34,318 nt of DNA, taken from a virus. Lineage: Duplodnaviria; Caudoviricetes. Each line of letters opens with the position of its first letter. Position 1 is the first letter of the stretch. The stretch spans positions 1 to 34,318 of IMG/VR virus record IMGVR_UViG_3300015203_000021. One strand, given 5' to 3'. Below, in pieces: positions 33,292 to 34,318 of the stretch. A model generated the notes under the pieces. The model ran no database searches and was not told the DNA's origin. It saw only the letters and a list, made by a program, of their open reading frames with translations. The position numbers were made by a program, and so were the translations under genes.

Positions 33292-34146
33292 CTATCTAAC
33301 CTCCACTGGATTAATTGGCGCGATCATTCCTACCGTAGTTACGGCATCACCACAAACGGCTTCGGAGATCATGCCTTTGTGCTTGATTGAATTTATTTTA
33401 TAAAAACCATTGAAATTTTTAGCAGTACCGGAATTCAACACGACACCTTGCCCAACTAATAGGCGCGGCTCAAAAAGCATATCAAAATAAAGGAAAGTTT
33501 CTTCGCGTACCGGTGTCCCCAAAAGCCCGGAAGCGCTATCGATAGTTTGGAGAGACCCGCTTATGTATTCGTGGTCGTTTAAAATATGCGCTACTTCGTT
33601 ATCTATGAAAAATCCTTGGCCTGAAAGCTCGTCCAGTAATTCGGTAGTGCTTCCGCTATACGAGTTCCCCCGAGTAAGTTTCCCGGCGTAATCACCAATA
33701 GCACCCGTAGCAACACCTGAATCGGCCAAATTACCAGCGAGAGTTTTCAATACCGTTTTTTGGTCAGTATTTTTCGGAAATGCTTGATTCACTAAATCGT
33801 TGGTATAAGCCGCCCCTCCCCCGAAGGACTCAATTTGTGTTATGAAATTATTGCCTTCACGAACAGACCAAGCTTGCGTAATGTTACCGGCGAAAATTAT
33901 AGATAAATTAGAATTATACCCGGCTTTTAAAACGATTTTTCGTATATCCCATTTATCCCAGCTATCTTTGCGAATTAAATCTCGGTTACGTTCTGATAGG
34001 TTATAAATCCTAACCGAACATACATTCGCCGATGTAAGATTATTTCGAGTGACGTCGAATTCGATCGTAAAAGGCAATTCAATTGTGATCGTATCTTTGT
34101 TGGCCGTTTGAACTGAGAGAGAATACTTACGGTTAAATTTGTCCAC
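33292..34146 (-). CDS. Baseplate hub-like protein
   Basis: F.RKY.L, IYNLS, LKAGY, IFAGNI, SGLLGTP, G.YKI..IKH.G; directly upstream of the spike gene. Confidence 0.75.
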   Translation of the reverse strand: MDKFNRKYSLSVQTANKDTITIELPFTIEFDVTRNNLTSANVCSVRIYNLSERNRDLIRKDSWDKWDIRKIVLKAGYNSNLSIIFAGNITQAWSVREGNNFITQIESFGGGAAYTNDLVNQAFPKNTDQKTVLKTLAGNLADSGVATGAIGDYAGKLTRGNSYSGSTTELLDELSGQGFFIDNEVAHILNDHEYISGSLQTIDSASGLLGTPVREETFLYFDMLFEPRLLVGQGVVLNSGTAKNFNGFYKINSIKHKGMISEAVCGDAVTTVGMIAPINPVEVR

Positions 34147-34318
34147 TGAAAAACTCCGTGAGCAAAGTTACTTCATCTTGAGTCAGAATATATAGAATAG
34201 ACGCCCCGGAAGAGAAATCTTGTTGCTGTGATGGCTCGCGATCATCTGTCGAAAAACAGGCGAGACCAAAGGGGATTTGGTTTTTAAACTGGTACAATAT
34301 ATTAGGACTATTAGTGAT
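34133..34318 (-). CDS. Small baseplate-region protein (partial, 3' end only)
   Basis: Manual translation ...ITNSPNILYQFKNQIPFGLAC...DFSSGASILYILTQDEVTLLTEFFSGQI*; overlaps the hub start. Confidence 0.6.
   Translation of the reverse strand: MTNSPNILYQFKNQIPFGLACFSTDDREPSQQQDFSSGASILYILTQDEVTLLTEFFSGQI

Noticed and set aside
1-34318. Stop-codon reassignment
   Set aside because: Core genes are full length in the standard code, and TAA, TAG and TGA all serve as stops.

Overview
This is about 34 kb of a tailed dsDNA phage genome with a contractile-tail (myovirus-type) baseplate. The window is cut inside the late region at both ends. Minus strand, 1-7228: terS, terL, a DUF1073-type portal, two HNH-type nucleases, two stand-alone Fis-type HTH genes, a SEC-C mini-protein and three signal-peptide genes. 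Next come a candidate origin (GTCACACC repeats) and a Prim-Pol/VapE primase-helicase with a Cro-like gene. A divergent plus-strand early/replication arm follows (SNF2 helicase, DUF2800 exonuclease, DUF2815 SSB, family A DNA polymerase, dNMP kinase, many small ORFs). The rest is a minus-strand block of baseplate, fibre and lysis genes, then accessory enzymes (EEP, metallophosphoesterase, calpain-like protease). The most unusual feature is that five late-region genes carry N-terminal Sec signal peptides behind good RBSs or coupled starts. Four of them are fibre-like or Gly-rich, including a 792-aa tail fibre inside the baseplate operon. In that fibre the predicted cleavage exposes the 'DVKISDL' fibre N-terminal motif, and a SecA-type SEC-C peptide is translationally coupled to the left-hand secreted cluster. 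Other points: a phage calpain sharing an Ig-like domain with baseplate J, a hidden 39-aa lipoprotein after the fibre, several apparently leaderless genes and several structured intergenic elements. A diderm host is implied; a Bdellovibrionota/deltaproteobacterial host is only an inference. No integrase, tRNA or CRISPR array was seen. All family calls come from motif recognition by eye, not from database searches.
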